Assembly (NCBI GenBank): GCA_963793305.1
Contig: CAWBZV010000012.1
Span: forward strand, 32,001 to 96,000
Origin: an uncultured Gemmatimonadales bacterium
GTDB lineage: Bacteria > Gemmatimonadota > Gemmatimonadetes > Gemmatimonadales > Gemmatimonadaceae
DNA length: 64,000 nucleotides
Reading direction: 5' to 3'
Below, piece by piece: positions 61,282-64,000 of the stretch; position 1 is the stretch's first letter; each line of letters opens with the position of its first letter. The notes beneath the pieces were generated by a model. The model saw only the letters and a list, made by a program, of their open reading frames with translations. It was not told the origin of the DNA and ran no database searches. The translations under genes were made by a program, and so were the position numbers.

Positions 61282-62661
61282 AACCTCGATCGCGGCGCGG
61301 CGCACCGTGCCGCGCGGCGGCATGCGCGTCCACGGCTGCTGCGCGTGGGGCTGCTCGGCGAACAACAGGTCACCCGTCTTCGAGACGACCAGGATCTCTT
61401 CGGGGTCCTGCGGGCTCATCATCATCCGAACCACGTAGACGCCGTCCGTCTCGCGGACCTGCGTCTGCCAGATGGTCCACTTGCCGTCGTACGGGCGATA
61501 CACGGCGACCGGATGGGTCAGGTTGTCGTGCGGAATGGTCAGCAGCACCGGCACCAACATCTCTTGGTTCATCGCATCGCTGATCGCCCAGGTCACCGCG
61601 GGCACCGCGATTGTGGTGTCGCGCCCGTCGCGGCGCACGAACAAGGAGTCGCCATGGCGCTCGACGTGGCGCACGGTGCAGCAACGGGACGCGGTATCGG
61701 ACCACACGGCATCGTAGCTGACGGGCCGTCCGCCGGCGAACCGCTCGCTCGCCGTGCGCACCCACCCATCGGGCCGCGCGAGACCCGCATCGATCTCATC
61801 GCCGACGTGCTGCACAGTGTGGAGGAACAACACACCCCGCGCATTTGTCGTGATGCTCGTGTCGCGGCCCGGCATGGCGCGGGCGAGCACGTGGGCGCGC
61901 TCGCTGGTGATCGTTCGATCTTTGAGGTCTAACGTGAGGCCCGCCGGGAGCGTGTCGAGTCCGCCGTTCCCGTTCGGGATCGTCCCCCAGCCGGACAGCC
62001 GCGCGGTCGCGAAGTTGCTCACGATGCGGCCGGCTCCCATATCGAACCAGTGCGTCTCGCGTACGGTGCCGGAGACCTCGAGCCAGAACACGCGCTGCGC
62101 GATCGTCAACGTCGAATCGGCGTGAAACGAGCCGTGCAACTTCATGGTCCCATCGCCGACGATCTCGGCCAGATGTCGACCCTGATTGTCCCAGAAGCGC
62201 TCGACGTGGTACATCTGGTGTGCCTCGACGACGACGCCGCCCGAGTCCAGCGCGCTCGAGTCGGTCCATTGCATGCCAACGGCGAGCGGACGGTTCGGCA
62301 GTGCGATGACATTGTGTTGGAAGCGGTGCGCGCCGGCGACCAACTCGCCCCGGGGCGAGACCGTGAACGTGTCGACCGTATGGCAGCTCGCCGCGCCAAC
62401 GCACAGCTGCTGCTGCGCCACGCGCAGGCCTTCGGCCGCGTCGGTCCACTCTTGCGCGCGCACGAGAAAGGTCTGGCCGGGGATGCGCAGCGTGTCGCGG
62501 CCGCGCACGTAGTAGAGCGAGTGCTCTTGCCAGAATCCGTAGTACAGCGTGTCGGCCGACGACAGATACCGCGTGCCGTTCGGGGCCGGCGCCGTGCCGG
62601 GATGTTGAGGCGCGGATGCGCAACCGCAGAGCACGAGAGTAACCGTGATGGCTCGCCGCAT
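61231..62661 (-). CDS. Hypothetical lipoprotein
   Basis: Lipobox LCGC; beta-rich; no family recognised. Confidence 0.65.
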   Translation of the reverse strand: MRRAITVTLVLCGCASAPQHPGTAPAPNGTRYLSSADTLYYGFWQEHSLYYVRGRDTLRIPGQTFLVRAQEWTDAAEGLRVAQQQLCVGAASCHTVDTFTVSPRGELVAGAHRFQHNVIALPNRPLAVGMQWTDSSALDSGGVVVEAHQMYHVERFWDNQGRHLAEIVGDGTMKLHGSFHADSTLTIAQRVFWLEVSGTVRETHWFDMGAGRIVSNFATARLSGWGTIPNGNGGLDTLPAGLTLDLKDRTITSERAHVLARAMPGRDTSITTNARGVLFLHTVQHVGDEIDAGLARPDGWVRTASERFAGGRPVSYDAVWSDTASRCCTVRHVERHGDSLFVRRDGRDTTIAVPAVTWAISDAMNQEMLVPVLLTIPHDNLTHPVAVYRPYDGKWTIWQTQVRETDGVYVVRMMMSPQDPEEILVVSKTGDLLFAEQPHAQQPWTRMPPRGTVRRAAIEVLLKRLTPARNVAFRAS

Positions 62662-62695
62662 ACAGTACAGACGCCCGCGCGCCGCGGGCGGTCAC

Positions 62696-63217
62696 TCAGA
62701 TCGCGTACTCTGTTTGGACCATGCCACTCGCATATGAGCGCGTGGCAACGTGTTGCAAGCGAATGTCACGAGAGAGCGTGCCAAACAGCGGAATGCCGCT
62801 CCCGAGGAGGACGGGAATACGCGTCACGACAATGCGCTGAATCAGACCCGCTTCCAGAAAGCCCTGGATCGTCTCGCCGCCATCAATGTACACGTGCTTG
62901 TGTCCGCGTTGCATGAGCCGCCGCGCGATCTCGTTGGGCGTGCCGGACATCACTTCGCACACGGCGCCGTCCGGCGGGCTCACGTTCGATAGCGTGGTGC
63001 TGAGCACGAAGACCGGCTTCGCGCCATAGGGCCACGCCGGGAATGCCGCGACGACTTCGTACGTCTTGCGCCCGATGACGAGGGCGTCGACCGACGCGAA
63101 GAACGCGGTGTAGCCGTGCTCTTCGACGACGTCATCGGGGGGCAGCCAGTCCAGCGCGCCGTCTGGCCGCGCGATGTACCCATCGACGCTCGTCGCGATG
63201 AATACGGATGCTTTCAT
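62696..63217 (-). CDS. RibD C-terminal / dihydrofolate reductase family protein
   Basis: IATSVDGYIA, GRKTYE, YIDGG, IPVLLGSGIPLF. Confidence 0.9.
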   Translation of the reverse strand: MKASVFIATSVDGYIARPDGALDWLPPDDVVEEHGYTAFFASVDALVIGRKTYEVVAAFPAWPYGAKPVFVLSTTLSNVSPPDGAVCEVMSGTPNEIARRLMQRGHKHVYIDGGETIQGFLEAGLIQRIVVTRIPVLLGSGIPLFGTLSRDIRLQHVATRSYASGMVQTEYAI

Positions 63218-63312
63218 GCCGGAATATAGTCCCCCGGAATAAAGGCCCCATGGAGGGCATCTGGCGCTCACACGCCTGTGCACGTGCTGGCCACTAGATT
63301 CCACCGCCGGAT

Positions 63313-63591
63313 ATGAAACGCCTCTATATGATCGTCGAGCATTTCCGCCAGGGAGATGCCGTCCCGGTGTATCGCCGGTTTCGCGCCCAGGGACGATTGG
63401 CCCCCGAGGGGCTCACCTATGTCTCGAGTTGGGTCGACGAGCGCCTCGAGCAATGCTACCAGGTCATGGAGACGCACGACCGTGCGTTGCTCGACCAGTG
63501 GATCGCCAACTGGAGCGACCTCGTGGAGTTCGAGGTGCATCCCGTGATCACGTCGGCCGAGGCGGCCGAGCGAGTCGCGCCACGACTATGA
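63313..63591 (+). CDS. DUF3303 family protein
   Basis: YMIVEHF, PEGLTYVSSWV, CYQVMET, WSDLVEFEVHPV. Confidence 0.8.
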   Translation: MKRLYMIVEHFRQGDAVPVYRRFRAQGRLAPEGLTYVSSWVDERLEQCYQVMETHDRALLDQWIANWSDLVEFEVHPVITSAEAAERVAPRL

Positions 63592-64000
63592 CGGTCGTGA
63601 TTCGGCCCTACGCGAGCGAAGACTACGCCGAGTGGCGGCGGATGCGGACGGCGTTGTGGCCGGATCAGACTGAGGGCGACATGGCCGCGTGGCTGGCGCG
63701 GAACGACACCGCCGTCATTGTCGCGGTGCGCACGGCAGGGTCATTGTGTGGCTTTGTCGAAGTCGGCGAGCGAACCAACGCTGACGGGTGCGAGTCGAGT
63801 CCGGTCGCTTACGTCGAGGGGTGGTGGGTGGACGCCGATGTGCGCCGGCAGCGGATCGGCGCGCGGCTCATCGAGGCCGCCGAGTCATTCGCCCGGTCGC
63901 GCGGGTACCGCGAGCTGGCGTCGGATACGGAGCTGCACAACGTGATCTCGCAACGCGCGCACCAAAGACTGGGCTTCGAGGAGCTGGATCGCGTGGTGCT
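63588..64000 (+). CDS. aac(6'): AAC(6')-I-like aminoglycoside N-acetyltransferase (GNAT), 3' truncated by window; absent from the ORF track
   Basis: Manual translation: EWRRMRTALWP...GFVEVGER..ADGCESSPVAYVEGWWV...ELASDTELHNVISQRAHQRLGFEE. Confidence 0.75.
   Translation, partial: MTVVIRPYASEDYAEWRRMRTALWPDQTEGDMAAWLARNDTAVIVAVRTAGSLCGFVEVGERTNADGCESSPVAYVEGWWVDADVRRQRIGARLIEAAESFARSRGYRELASDTELHNVISQRAHQRLGFEELDRVV

Noticed and set aside
63219..63248. 15-bp imperfect tandem repeat CCGGAATA(T/A)AG(T/G)CCC
   Set aside because: Only two copies, overlapping a -10 box; probably a local duplication and not CRISPR-like.
1..64000. Numerous long overlapping antisense or alternate-frame ORFs; CRISPR, tRNA, rRNA and IS elements
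   Set aside because: The shadow ORFs are Arg/Ala/Pro-rich by-products of high GC. No repeat-spacer array, structural RNA gene or transposase motif was recognised by eye.

Overview
High-GC bacterial chromosomal segment, probably Gemmatimonadota. That is inferred from a SusC/SusD pair in a GC-rich genome, two orphan duplicated ABC permeases, DUF5916 and REC-AraC regulators. About 50 densely packed genes cover transport (TonB/SusCD, ABC permeases, MFS, APC), hydrolases, a Sec-exported Rhs protein, a SixA/CHAD-CYTH polyphosphate locus, a cobalt-type nitrile hydratase operon, three RibD-C/DHFR-like genes and a partial AAC(6')-like acetyltransferase. I saw no rRNA, tRNA, CRISPR array or transposase. 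About ten single-base indels split otherwise intact genes and look like consensus errors. Main hits the ORF track does not explain: (1) a variant ykkC-yxkD riboswitch with its own sigma70 promoter, upstream of an alkaline-phosphatase/nucleotide-pyrophosphatase gene (45168-45268); (2) an 81-bp three-hairpin element present twice, both times in frame inside unrelated proteins (29732-29812, 57078-57158); (3) a candidate peptide-signalling module of TPR protein, small lipopeptide with repeated GVMPGSGG, AraC and REC (3361-6290); (4) an EACC1-like plus HExxH peptidase pair that may be a conflict/defence system (35948-37449); (5) back-to-back ECF-type promoters and widespread leaderless -10 boxes. 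All family calls come from motifs recognised by eye; no database search was run.
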